A program made the position numbers and the translations under genes. A stretch of DNA of 63,993 nucleotides, the filler included, from Reticulomyxa filosa (Eukaryota; Protista; Foraminifera), in the NCBI GenBank assembly GCA_000512085.1. It is 17 parts of 17 records of this genome, joined end to end, with 100 filler letters (N's around TTAATTAATTAA, not from the genome) between each part and the next. Parts side by side here need not be neighbours in the genome. Positions count along the whole stretch, not along the records: positions 9,832 to 24,589 come from ASPP01023891.1; positions 24,690 to 26,632 come from ASPP01010103.1; 15 more parts are not named here. One strand, written 5' to 3'. The notes beneath the pieces are model-generated. The model was not told where the DNA came from and did not search any database. It saw nothing but the letters and a program-made list of their open reading frames with translations. This document shows, piece after piece, positions 12,100-25,766 of this stretch (the first letter of the stretch is position 1; the number at the start of each line of letters is the position of its first letter).

Positions 12100-13200
12100 A
12101 ATAGGATTCATATTGTTGACGACATTCCACTGGTTATATTTAGATGTTTTGGATGAAGAATAAGAAGATTGACAATTGATAACTTGAAACAAAAATGCAA
12201 ATTAAAAAAAAAAAATTAAGTTCGAACAACTAAATTAAAAAGGTTTTTTGGATTTTCGATATGTTTGTTGATCGTTATTGACTTCATCATTGATTAAAGT
12301 GTGATCAGGATGTTAATAAGGGATTCGAAAGTATTTGGATAATAAATGACCGCTTTTGCAACTTCGGAACTCATCAATCAATTGGGCCCGTTCCACCACT
12401 TCCATCCAATCTTATTTCTGGAAAATAGCTTCATTTTTACAAAATGAAATTTTTTTTTATAGCGAATAGGATATTTACTACATGAAGTAAACTCCCGAGT
12501 ATTGTGAAAGAATCGTTCATCCAAACTCCCAAAACTATCAAATGGCATTGCCAACCGTTCCTATCCTAATCCAAACGCTCATCCAATGCTATCTCCCAAC
12601 TTGCAATTCTCCAATATTTTGGAATGGATAACATGAATGCACGTTCATCTCGGTTGTTTTGACTTGTCAATGCATTACGAACAAACAAGTGAGCGGTTTT
12701 TTGGGCAGATGTAATACCTGATATATTTATACACACATTCTTTATTTATTATTTTTTTTTTTTTAAAAAAAATATAAAAAAAAAAACAAACAAATAAACA
12801 GGAGAATGAGCCGATGGATGGTAGAGCTCACATACAACAACTTTAGAGATAATGGGCTGCATGAAAGAACGAATGACGATTGAAGGAGATGTGTATATGA
12901 TTCTGTTAGATGTAGAGATGGTGGATACATTTTCATCTCCCAGCCCTCCAGCTCTGAAGAATCATCTGAATAGTCTTGCACGTAGTGCCCAGAACAGACA
13001 CTTTTCTCACATCAGATCGGATAGTCGAAGTCACAACAGCGGGGATGAACCAACAAGTAAACATGGTCTTTTTTCGTTGAAAGAATATTCCTCAACGACT
13101 CACATGGAAAGTACCAATGCCAATTATGTCTCTACTTACGAGCACAAATAGCCTATCCCTATCTCCGTTCACACTCGAGTGGTTATGTCACGAATAGCGC
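12100..13200 (-). pseudogene. Decayed gene with a possible DysF/peroxin-like segment
   Basis: Exon-like 12483-12717 reads ...KYWRIASWEIALDERLD*DRNGWQ, then in another frame FDSFGSLDERFFHNTREFTS; several in-frame stops. Confidence 0.35.
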
Positions 13201-13876
13201 CTATTTGCAAAATAATACAAATGGACACATTGATCACTTAACTTAGAAGAGCAGACTTTTTTTGTATTACATTTAGTCCTTCAAAGTAGTTGTTTTAACA
13301 ATAATAACTTTTAAAATTTCTCTTATCAATATTAGAAACGAAAAATGAAAATGACCAGAACATGGAGAAATATATATATAAAGTTTTGAAGTCAATCCAA
13401 TTTTCATATGGAATTGACAATTGTACACCATCAAGTCAAATATTTCCCTTCTTTTTAAACAAAAAAAAAAAGAAATAAAAAATTAAAACACATTTTGAAA
13501 GATACATTCAACAATATCAGAGTTAAGTCAACATTTCAATTGCGGGTAATTAATAAGAACAGATGTGACAACGTTGTATCATTTAACATGAATGGAGTGT
13601 AAATGATGTCAAGTTGCGCAATTAAACAAAACTGGTGAATGATATGAATGTTAGTTGCATGACGAAAAATAGCAATACTTGATTCACCTTTACACATCCA
13701 CTTATGTGAATGTATCTTTGCATTGTCGGCGATTCAAAGTTGTGTTCTTGCATTTTTAATGGAATTATTTTTTAAAAACAAGTGTATTATTTAGTGAAGA
13801 TATTAGAAAGAAGAGTTACAGTAAACGTGGTGTGTTAACGAAAAAAAAACCTAAGTTGATTTTCGATAGTGATAAC

Positions 13877-16101
13877 ATGGATACTATCTCTCCCTTTCAA
13901 ACTTTAGAACCTTTGCCTATCTCACTTTATCAAAGTCAATGTGTAATACATAAGCACGAGATACTCATTTGTGGAGGTTTATACACAACGGACTGCTTTT
14001 CGTACCATACAATCAAAAATGAATACAGGTATATCTGTTCTTACCCAAAAAAAGTAATATTAATTGGACATTGCGTGGTAAAACGTGTGGACACCAATAA
14101 TCCAAATAAAATTACATTGTTATCATTTGGTGGAGTATATAAACATACATTGATAATGAATTACGTGAGCGTTTGGGATGATGTTGATGATGAAAAAGAG
14201 AGTAAGATCCCAAATGACTGTAATAAATGGCTTCCTTTTACTAACAAACGAAACGTACCAATTTGTATTGGAAGAAAAGATGGTAATTATGAAGGAGTTC
14301 GTGCATTAATTGGTGGATATAAAAATAATTTGTTGTTTATTACTTATCGTCCAAAAAACATTGATGTGTTTGATTTAAATACATTACGATATGTCAATCA
14401 TGATGAGCAGCCAGTCGAAAGTGTTATATGTTATCATTGCCTTGTATTAAAACCAAACAATAATGTGTCAAAAAAGAAATCTGAAATGATATTATTTTCT
14501 AGAAGCACTGGACTAGCTATTGATTATGATGAAACGAACAACACATTTCGATATTATCAAATACGCGTTTGTAAATCTATTTTCTCATTCCATTATTATG
14601 CATATGTACTTGTTAATGATAACATCTTGTTTTTTGGCGGAGATGACAATGGATATTCAATTGAAAGTGTATTCAAATATTCAATCAAAGAAAATAAATG
14701 GGTGCATTTTGAACGTACTTTGCCAATTCCATTATCTGGGAGTGTTGGGATATTGAGCGAAGATAACACGTATGTGCATATTCTTGGAGGACGTAGTGGA
14801 GCCACTCAAGTGCAAGAGCATATGAAGACAAGTGTGAGTGAATGGATGAAAAAAGAGACAGGAATCGAGAGAGAACGGATTTTGGAGGAGGCAATAGAAA
14901 TAGAAAAAGAAGGAGTTGTAAAAGAAAGACGAAGAATAGAAAGAGATAAAGAGAAAAAATTTCAAGAAAGACAAAAAAAGTTAGGTGGTATGTATTTTTT
15001 GAAATAGAAAAAAAAAAAAATAAAAAATAAAAATAAAAATAAATAAATAAACATAGAGACGAATGAAAATTGAAAAGATCCTAAATTATTGGACTAGATC
15101 ATTGTTTATCAAAATTGGATGGATTGATGATTTCAACATTATTGTTATACAATATATCATGGTATGTTATGCAAGTGATATTTGATCGCAAACTTCATTT
15201 AAAAAAAATAAACACAAAATAGATGGCATATTTTCGACAATTAAGAATATTACAAAAACAAATTGATCATACAATGAGCGCAAAATTTTCCCCAGACGCT
15301 ACAAAAATTGTTTTTTCCTGTGCAGATAGGACCATTTGCATATGGGATGAAAAATTGGAAATGTTCCAGATATTTTCGGGGCATTTGGACAGAGTAAATA
15401 ACGCACAATTTTCACCAAAAGGAGGTATAATTGTATCATGCTCAGAAGATAAAAGTATTCGATTATGGGACGTAAATACTACAAACGAATTAAACAAACT
15501 TGAAGGACATTCAAGTGGTGTAACAAGTGTTCAATTTTCACCTGATGGTACTACCATTGTATCAGGCTCATTGGATACTACCATTCGATTGTGGGATGTG
15601 AACTCAGCATGTGAAATAAAAAGATTGTGTGGACACGCGAGTGAAGTCAATGATGTACAGTTTTCGCCAAATGGTCAAAATATAGCATCTTCTTCAACAG
15701 ATAAAACAGTTGGAATATGGGATGTGAAATCGGGCCAACGAATACACGAATTAAAAGGACACTCAGATATCGTACGAAAAATACAGTTTGCTCCAAATGG
15801 TGATATTCTTATTTCAAGCTCACGGGATCATAGCATTCGAATATGGAATGTGATATCGGGAGAACAACTGAAACAAATTTCGGGTGAAGCAAATATTTTG
15901 AAATTCCTACCACATAGTCAAACGATTATTTTGTATTCCGGTGAAAACTCAATGACATTATTGGATACAAAGCTTGATATAGAAATACAGAGATTGCATG
16001 GGCATTACCGTAACATACAAGGAATGGATATTTCCTTTGATGGCAATACTATTGTGTCTTCTTCAAACGATACAACAATTCGACTTTGGGTAAAGATCTG
16101 A
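13877..16101 (+). CDS. Kelch-like propeller + charged helix + GWIDDFN linker + WD40 propeller, probably one 3-exon gene
   Basis: Kelch ORF to about 14990; exon about 15059-15161 RMKIEKILNYWTRSLFIKIGWIDDFNIIVIQYIM; phase-0 GT..AG intron 15162-15222; WD40 exon 15223-16101 with GH...WD repeats. Confidence 0.78.
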
Positions 16102-16446
16102 TACATTGCAAATTTTTACTGTTATTTCATATCTACCAAGATTTTTTTTTATTGCGATATTTCAAACAAAAAAGAAAAGAGTTTAAATTATTATAATTTT
16201 TGAGTTTCAAAACATTATTATTCCTTGAAGTATTGTGAGCTCTTTCAAAATTTGAGCGTTAGAGTTTTTTTCTATAAAAAACTTTATTAAAAAATGAACC
16301 TAATATCATAACGAATAAAAAGTGAATAGTGGATACTTTAAGTCTATTCAAGTGAAATAACTTCTATCAAGTAATCATACTTGTCTGAATATATTTTTTT
16401 TAAAGAAAGTGGTGATGTAATTTGTTTGCACAGGCTTTGTGAAGGA

Positions 16447-17626
16447 ATGAATACAAATGACAACAACAAAACTCAAATCCATCTGCAAAACTTGGTGGGT
16501 ATTGTATTATGCTTTGATTTTTTTGTTTTAAACGTTTGTTTCAAATGCTCCTACAAAACATAGACAAAAAAAGAAATAAAAATGATTGTGGAAAATTGGC
16601 TCCGTTTATTGTCCATTAATTTGGGTTGGATCGATGATTTTAACAAGATAATTGAGCGATATGTTTAGTATTGTTTTTTAAACAAAGATTGTTTATGATC
16701 TAATGGATTTTTAAACCTTGAATAACTGCACAAAATAACCTTATTTAATACAGACCAAATATATCAAACAAATAAAAGTATTTCAAATACTTTCGAAGCC
16801 AATAAATTGTGTAAAATTTTCACCAGATGGAACTAAGATTGCTTCATCTTTTAGTGATTTTACAGTTGTGTGGGATATAGAATCTGGAAAAGGTATGCAA
16901 ATGTTGAAAGGGCCACAATTAGTGAATAATATACAATTTTCATTTGATGGAAAATTGGTTCTATCATCTCCCGATAATAATACAATTCGATTATGGGACA
17001 TCGGAAAAGATGTAAAAACTTTAACAGGACATTTACTTGGTGTGACAAAGGCCCAATTTTCATCAAATAATTGTATGATTGTTTCTTCTTCTTCTGATGA
17101 AACTATTCGAATATGGGATGTAAAAACTGGAAGAGAAATTAAACAATTAATAGGACATACAAAGTGTATAAGTGATGTGCAATTTTCTTATGATTGTCAA
17201 TTTATTGTATCATCATCTTACGACAAAACAATTGCAATATGGAATGTCAAAACAGGTAAAAAAATAAAAGAATTAATTGGACATTCTGATAATGTTATCA
17301 AAGCAGAATTTTCTAAAGATGGAAAAATAATTACATCTTGTTCAAGTGATAAAACAATTCGAATATGGGATGTAAAATCAGGACGAGAAATCAAAAAATT
17401 AGAAGTATTTTCTCGTTGGATTACCGATTTTAAATATTTGGTAGATGGTCAAAATATTATCTTTTGCACAAATGACAAAACTATGCAATTATGGGATGTA
17501 AAAGCTGGTGTTGAAATACAAGCATTGGAAGGGCATTCTTCAGCTGTAACAGGATTTGATATTTCACCAAATGGTAATATGATTGCATCATCTTCTTATG
17601 ATAAGACAATCAGATTGTGGGGATAA
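16447..17626 (+). CDS. WD40-repeat protein with N-terminal GWIDDFN motif (3 exons)
   Basis: Exon 2 reads EIKMIVENWLRLLSINLGWIDDFNKIIERY; last exon 16754-17626 is open with about 7 WD repeats. Confidence 0.88.
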
Positions 17627-20547
17627 TGTTTGCAATTGTTTTTTTGTTTTTTGTGTGTCCTTGCCACAATTGATAAAAAATGAAAACTAGTTTGTGTATC
17701 ATCATTCCGTAAATTTTCATATCTCTTATCGTACTTGATCGTTATTCTAAATTTGTCAATTCTCCTTCTGATTGAACATTCCACAACATTTCAACTTTTC
17801 ACCGTCACTTTAATACCTTTCCTGTTCAATATTCAATTGTTGTATTAATGCAATAATACAACTTCAACATCACTGTTAAGCTTATTCAGAGTATTAAGAT
17901 CACATTTATATTGAAAATGGAGCTGCAGAGTATTGATTCTCAGCAAAGCCAAACTATTGACACTTTGGTTGTAGGAAAAGACCTTAAAATAAGATTTTGT
18001 GTCGGTAGAACAACATAAGGTAGTGGTTTGTTTGTCTTGTTCAGGTATTAGGATGATTGTCAATGCTGAAATTAATTCAAATTCACTGGCATTTTTTTTT
18101 ACAAAATAGCAGTTCTTTCGGCTACAATTAGCCACTACAACAGTACCTTTTTGAAATATCTTTTTAGATAATCTATTCATTGAATCAGATATTGTTAAGT
18201 TTTTAATACGTGTTCTGAAAACTATTAAAAAAGTGTAAATTTTATATGGTTTTTCTTTTTTTATAAACTTGAGATAAAGTAAATATTACCCAAAAGAAAT
18301 TTCAAAAGAAAATTATTTGTTTAACGACTAATTTTTGTGATCGATTGCACATTTCTCCATTTTTTGTGACTGGCAATGCAGTAAAAGACATCGTCTATAA
18401 CAAGCCAGAGAAATGCAAGATATCAATATTTACACTCTTGTTTGAAATTTTGAACATTTTTCAATTAAAAACCCATCTAACTCACTAGTGTTTGATTAAA
18501 GTCACCATTTTTTCAATATGTTTGCACGCTAATAAAAAAAAGCTGATTTTTGTCCATCAAATACTTGACAATTTGATTTCACCCAAAGTAAATGTTTTTG
18601 AAGTCTTATCTGTTTGGTATTAATGGTTACTGTGTTATTCTTGTGTAATAAAATTACAATAAAAAGTATATAAGAACCTGAAATTTCGGTTTGTCCTTCG
18701 TTTTCGCTTTTTTTGCCTTCGTCTGGATTGAATTGAGCTTTGTAGTGTCCCTTTTTTCAATCTATTCAAAAGCCTTGCAGCCCATTATATTTAATAATTT
18801 ATTATATACGTATATAGTAATTTATATTTTGCATGACAAACTAATAATTACTACAACATAAACAATAGAAAGTGTAAGCTATTCATTCAAAGAAAGCAAT
18901 AAAAAAAAGATTATAGAAAATAAAGTTAAATAAGAGCAATTAAATGAAGAATTCTATTGAAGCGCATATGAAGAATATAAACTAAAAATAGATAATTACT
19001 AATATCACCAAAGTGGAAGTATAAATTTAAACACGTATTACCAAATTAGATTGATATACAAAAACATTTATTTTACTATAAATCACAATAACAGCAGCTA
19101 AGATAACGATGCAAAATTTGCAATTGAATTCGAACTAGTTGTCCATGTTTCATCATCAAAATAATAACGTCAGTTTTCCAATATCGTGTAAATCACAAAT
19201 ATCAAACACTTTTGGACGCGAACAATGACTTGATCCAACAGACCTTCTTGCGAAACAACATGACACACAAGCAAATAATATATAATGAATATACTCGCAT
19301 CGACGACGAACAAATCTTTATAGTTTAGTATAAATAATTAATTGTTGTTGTTTTTAAAAATGCTGAAATGTTAATTGAAATCTCAGTAGTATAACTTAAT
19401 GTAAATCCAGCACCGATTTGTATGATGAATTTTTTTTATCTTCAGCACACGTAATGTTAAAATAAAATTTGATCCAAAACTCGCTGGAAAAATATTTGAA
19501 AGCGTGTGCTATCCACAAATATGTTACCATTGTGTTCTTATATTTCAAATGATATGCGTTCTTTTAAGCATGTTCCAATCATTGTTAATGCTTGAAACAA
19601 GGTACTTGAAATCTTGGACTTTGTTTTTAGTTTACAAAGTTTCTCCATGTTAAAAAACTGGTATTGTACACAAAGAAGCTTTCGGTCGTTGTCTTTGTAT
19701 TGAAATATCAGCATTTATATTCACTAAGGTACAAAAAAAGGGGAACGCTGTTGACTTTAACACTATTTCAAATCTTACTTTGTTGTTACAGTTTTTCAAA
19801 TGTTTCCAAAATTGACAATTTATGACACATTAGAAGCTTTTTGTTGACGTAAAAAATATTTATAAAGACTTTTTTTGTTTGAGTCAAAAATAAAGATTTC
19901 TTTGATTAAATCTTATTCTCGCTTTATCTTATTTTTTTTCTTTGTCTTTTTTGTTTGAACAGCAGATCCAAATATAAGGATTTATTTCCAATTATCTTTA
20001 TTGATTGTTGATCTTTGAAAGCTTCTAAGGAAAACAAAAACATAAGTAAACTTCATGAACGGATGGAGCGATGCATTGCATAAAAGTATTACAAAAAATT
20101 TGCTTTTGAACAAATATGAAAGTGAAGGTAAGGAAAAAACTCAAAAGAATGTATTTGCTGAAATCGTTAAGCAAACAAAAATTTAGTATAGCATCCAAAT
20201 ACAAATTATGCAGAATTGTAACTACTTTTTGTTTTATTGGCTTTCATTAGCATGCAAAATTGCTGCGACTGCCACAATATTAATATCTATAGTATCTCTA
20301 TACTCGCAGTCGCATATACGTAAAATAAAACTAAGAAAATATTGAAAAAACTCCTCTTCAGCAAGCTAACAGTATTTTCGTTGACGCTTTCTACACTCGA
20401 ATATCACACTCACCAATACGCATTAGTTTTGTTTTTAACTTAGCCAAGAGGCACAAATTATTTTTTGCAGGATACGTAAAAGTAGACTATTTTTTTTAAG
20501 TCTCAGAAACGTTTTTTTATTCCTTGGTGTTGCGGATACAACAAACA

Positions 20548-21422
20548 ATGGCAGACAAAAGCAATGAATACAAGATTGTAGTGTTGGGTGGCGGTGGTGT
20601 CGGCAAAAGTGCGTTGACTATTCGACTAGTCACGGACAACTTCTTGGACGAATACGACCCAACAATCGAAGACAGCTACCGCAAACAAGTGTCAATTGAT
20701 GACAAACCTGCGTTGTTGGATATTTTGGACACTGCCGGCCAAGAAGAGTTTTCATCAATGCAAGACCAATGGATGAGAGAGGGAAAAGGGTTTCTGTTGG
20801 TGTACAACATCACCTCAAAACAAACTTTTGAAGAAATCGAAATGTTGCGTGAGAAAATTGTCAGAGCCAAAGATACTGATAAAGTCCCAATGTTAAGTAT
20901 CTTTTGTAACTCCTCTTTGTCTTTTGCTGCGTAGTGCCCTTCTCTGGCTCATTGTCATACAAGCGTCATAATTCATTTGCAACATCCCTTTTTTTTTGAA
21001 CTTTTTTGGACGTATACAAAACAGCGTAATTGCCGGCAACAAATGCGACTTAGCTCAAAACCGACAAGTTCAAATTAAGGAAGGACAAGGACTTGGTATG
21101 TAACAATTTGCATCACTTGCTCCTTTTTTTTGTTATCTTCATATTCTTTGATTTTTATGTTTTTAGATTTGTTTGAAAATAAAAGGGGTATTTTGGAAGA
21201 ATAATATGTCATATTTATTGACAAAAACCAAATATTGATGATTGAATAGCTCAAAAATGGGGTGAATACTGCGCTTTCTTTGAAACAAGTGCCAAAGACA
21301 AAATCAACAATGAAGAAGTATTTTTTGAAGTAGTTCGAAAAATTCGGTTGACCGAAGAAGGAAATGGAGGAACAAAACAAAAACAAAAACAAGTCAAAGT
21401 ATTCAATTGTGAAATTTTGTGA
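20548..21422 (+). CDS. ras: Ras-family small GTPase (3 exons)
   Basis: GGGGVGKS, effector loop [16 protein letters not shown]; exon 2 GNKCDL; exon 3 FETSAK; C-terminal CaaX CEIL* at 21408-21422. Confidence 0.96.
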
Positions 21423-22056
21423 AAAGTTATGGCAGATTTTTTGTGTTGGTTTTTTTTGTTTCAAAATTTAGCAATTCTGGAGACTACAGAAATTCTTTTT
21501 GTTAATTGAAATTTTGTCACCAACCTTTTAGTTCATCAATAAGAAAATTTTAAAAAGTTGATCATTGGCTCCGTAAGAATTCTGAGAACAATTTTGTTTT
21601 TGAAGAAAAAAAATATCTGCTTATTTTTGTCTTGTAGAGATTCATCACATAAAAAAAAAATGTAGATATATTCTAACATAAACGGAGAAACAAAAAATGT
21701 CACACAACCACAAATTGTATTAGTACAAAAGGTAATGATCTTGTGATTTTTTTGTATGAACGAATTTGTTTGGAGCTCGTTTGTAAAAAAAAAGCTTATT
21801 TCATCGTGTTAGAGTATTGGAAGTCTCACCAAACGCATAATATCGGACCCACGCCACGCCAAAAAAAAAAACACACACAACCCACCTCCGAACAAACAAA
21901 AAATTTTTTTAATAATGACTGGCAAGAAACAATTAAACCAAACTCATGTTCAAGCCAAAAAAAAAAAGTAAAATAAAATAATGTTGATTTTTTAGTAATT
22001 TCCCTCATTTTTTCGTTTCATATACGGCTTTTGTTCACCCCTTTTTCCCTTCCTCT

Positions 22057-24544
22057 CTACAAATCTTTATTTTGCGAGGTTTTAACTTCTTCCAGTGACT
22101 CATCCGGAGCGTCAAGAGTATCAGGGGCGTCAAGAGTATCGGGGGCATCAGGAGGAAGGGACGCGACACTTGATGTAGTGCTATTGGTGCTATTTGTGCT
22201 CATAGCTGGCTCAACGGCAGGAGACATGCGATTATTCTTTTTGCTTCCGCGTCGATTCCACTTTTTAACAAAAGCGCTTCCTTGAGGTTCCAGAGGAGGC
22301 ATTCCAAGTTTCTGACGTAACGAGTTATTTTCCTCTTCCACTTGTTTGACTCGCATTCCCAAAAGTTTTTTCACTTCTTTCAAATGCTTGACATTTTCTT
22401 CTCTGTCAATGACAGTGTCAGCCAAGTCATTGGCGAGCATATGCAGCTGTTGGTTTTTTTTCATCAATGTTTTCACATTTTCTTTGTTTCGAGATTTGAA
22501 CAAAGATCGATGGAAGATATCGCGTTTGTGTTTCGAGATTTCATCTTCAAAAGCTCGTCGATACGTGCCAACCGCGTTTTCTGCTGATTTTTTTTCTTCG
22601 ATTAACTTTTTCACCTCTTTTTCGAGTTCTTTTTTTCTTTCGAGTTGTTTTTGCTATTAAGCAATTGGAGAGTAAAAAAAGAAAAAAAATAAATATAAGT
22701 GTATACATATACGTAACAATACATATGCATATATACATAATATGTACATATATGTATGTAAACATACGTATTTTTTGTATAAAAAAAAAAAAAAAAGTGA
22801 AAAAAAAACGTAACGACGTGCGGATGATTGCCCCCATTGATAGAACTTTTGGAACCTCCCGGTTTCGTTTCTTGTAAAATGCGGTGTAATTCTCGTTGAA
22901 CACTATTGGCGCGACTTCTCCAAAAGTTTTGATACGATTCCAGTTTGCTAATTTCCTCATCTTTTTCGACCATTTCTTTTTTGAGTTTGTCCATTTCATC
23001 GGTCAGTTCAGTTTTTTCGCGCTCCAAAGCGGCCATTTCGCCCGCGACTTTTTCTTTTTGCAAGGTGATGGCATCCAGTGTTTTCTGCAAATTAACGTGA
23101 TCTGCTTGCAACGACTCCCACGTGTCTCGAGGGACCGAGCTTCTCAGTTGCTCTTCCAAGTTGGCGATCTGTTCGAGCAGCCGTGCATTTTTGTCATTGG
23201 CCTGGTTCAATTGGTCCGTCACCATGTGGATCTGTTCGTCCTTGCCTTCTTTCAATTTCGTTTCGTTGCGCAATTGCTCCTGCATTTGCTCCAAGTCGGC
23301 CTTCAGTCGATACATTGCTTCGTCGCGACGAGCGATTTCGAATTTGATATCTTTGTGTGTCTTCATCAAGTCGGTATATTTGTCATGCAACTCGCGACGT
23401 TTCTTTTGCTCGCTGTCCAATAAATCTTTCACTTCCTTCTCCAATCGCTCGTGCTTCGATTTCCATTCGCGCACTTCCGTCTTCAGCTGCAACTTGTCCT
23501 CGTTCAGCTTCATCAAGTCTTGGTCCATTTTCGTTCGCATGTCGGCCACATTCCCCACTTGCTCGTTCAACGTCTTCAATGTGGTCTGCAATTGTAATCG
23601 GCCTTCGTTCGCCTCCTTCGCTTCTTGCTCCAACTGTCCGATCCTCTGGTCCTTTTCTTTCAGCTTTTTGTTCAGCTCGTCCACTTCACTTTTCGCCGAC
23701 TTTAGCGGCCTTGCAAATCCCCACCCAATTTCTCTGTACGTGCACTTTCTTTTTTTTCATCCGCCAATGATCCCTTTTTTTTTTTTTTTTTTTCAACCCC
23801 ACGGATAACAATCCTTTGCACACGTGTTTCATATACATATATATAAAGTATATATGTATATATACCTTGACAGAATCTCTTTCTTTCACGACTTTTTGCA
23901 ATTGGTCATTCAACTCTTTGTTCTCTTTTGTCAGTTTTTGTATTTGTTCGGCTTTCGACTTTGCAACATCTTGCAGTTTTTCTTTTTCCGTTTTCCACAT
24001 TTTCTTATCTTCTAACATTTTCGTGTTGTCCTTTTTTTTATAATAAAAAAAAAAAAAAAAAAGTACGTATAAAAAAGATGTTTTGTTCATTCAAAAAAAA
24101 AAAAAAGAAAGAAAGAGGTTGAAAAGTATTTTAAAAAATTCTACACAAAAGAGATATAGCAGTATATATCGTTGTAACCATTTTGAGTTGGTTGATTTGC
24201 TCACGTGCTTGCTTTAATTTGGCTTCTTTTTCGGAAATGCTTTTTTTGCTTTGGCACTTGATGTAGCCTCGGCGGCTTCTTTTTCACCGCCAATGGGGAT
24301 GATTTCGACTCGGACAACGTCCTGAGTTTGCGCCTGTTCTTCCCTCAGTTCTCTTTTGCGCGAAATCAGCGCATGCAAAATGGTGTACAGCACATCCCGT
24401 TCACGCATGCTCTGTAAATATATGTCCAGCACTGTCACTGTCCCTTCGCTCGAGTGCGACTTGCGTACGATTGTCACTCGTTGCGTGTTGCTTCGAGACA
24501 TTTGAATTTGAAAGTCTTGTTTGATTTTCAACTTTTAAGTGGTT

Positions 24545-24578
<34 letters not shown>

Positions 24579-24589
24579 TTTTTTTTTTT
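22057..24589 (-). CDS. Long coiled-coil protein, multi-exon, 5' truncated; upstream exon resembles the end of a PH domain
   Basis: ORFs 22057-22614, 22611-23684, 23686-24090 and 24214-24531 are E/K/Q/L-rich heptad sequence separated by T/AT-rich introns. Confidence 0.75.
22096..22150 (-). repeat. 18-bp coding tandem repeat (DAPDTL x2 plus DAPDE)
   Basis: GCGTCAAGAGTATC repeated with an 18-nt period on the + strand. Confidence 0.8.
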
Positions 24590-24771
24590 NNNNNNNNNNN
24601 NNNNNNNNNNNNNNNNNNNNNNNNNNNNNNNNNTTAATTAATTAANNNNNNNNNNNNNNNNNNNNNNNNNNNNNNNNNNNNNNNNNNNNAAAAAAAAAAA
24701 AGGCAGAAATGCCAATCCTTTTTTAAAATATTTTCTCAAAAAAAAAAAAAAAAAAAAAAAAAAGAGATAGA

Positions 24772-25732
24772 CTACATTATAAACTCGGCAAAGGTTTTGT
24801 CACAACTATAAAAATTATCGTCAACGGCATAGTCTCGTGGATGAAGGGCAAACTTGAGCAAAAGAGGGAGATAATCGGCATAATGTTTGGCCTGATAAGG
24901 GGCCCGATTAGCCGCGGTTGTAACACCTTGGGAGGGTTTCCAGTTGTCAATCTTGGCTTTGAAGGTGCGAAAATGGTCGACTCCATGAAAGGCGCCCATC
25001 AAACCGCCGACGACACAGCAATTGCTATTGGCAGCGCCGCCAAAGGAAAGAGTATCTTCGATTGCCTGTTGAAAGGAGTTGGCAATGTACAAATGATAAA
25101 AGGCCAGTTGAAGACTAATTTTGAGATGTGTGGGGACGAGTTTGGAGTGTGCAGTTTTCAGTTTGGCTCTATCTTTGCTCCACACTTTGGAGCGAGTAGA
25201 GCGCGGAGAGTTGCTTTCGGAGGACTTTGCAATGGAAATAGCATCGCCAATCCATCGTTCGATCTCGCTGATGGCACGTGTATGTTTCTGCGGGTCATCT
25301 GCAATGCGATGTTGCATTTGCAAGAATTCTTGCGCGAATTTGATGGCATGTCGATGACGACCACATTGGGAAGGAAAGCGAATGAGATATTGAGCCGTCA
25401 AAGCATAAGCCGTGACAGCATAATACACAACATAGCTGGCATGAGTAAGCGAGCTTTCTAAACGAATCAAGTTAAATGTTTTATCCGGTGGCAAACGTAA
25501 AGCATAGACAATCAATGGCATTACACGAACCAAGCTACCATTTGTGGTCACTCCTAATTCGTCCATTTCACTTTGAACATGCTTATTCTCTTGATATGCA
25601 TTTTGTCGAATTTTTTCTACGTCCTCCCCTTTGTCAATGCTACTCATCAATTTACCTTTTTCCAAAGGCTGACTCCGGCTCCAAACTCGATACTCTTGCA
25701 CAATGTACTGCATCGTCAAATGGTGTCTCTTG

Positions 25733-25766
<34 letters not shown>

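Noticed and set aside
12100-13200. Alternative genetic code with stop-codon reassignment
   Set aside because: Intact genes terminate with TAA, TAG and TGA, and long exons have no internal stops; regions with stops also carry indels.
17845-19800. Genes in short ORFs here and at 55800-57500 and 62203-63993
   Set aside because: Stop-riddled AT-rich sequence with no motif I can support; possibly old pseudogene debris.
22896-23808. Long plus-strand ORFs opposite the coiled-coil gene (similarly 24841-25461, 47521-48123, 48328-48933)
   Set aside because: Antisense shadows of real coding exons, with no motifs.
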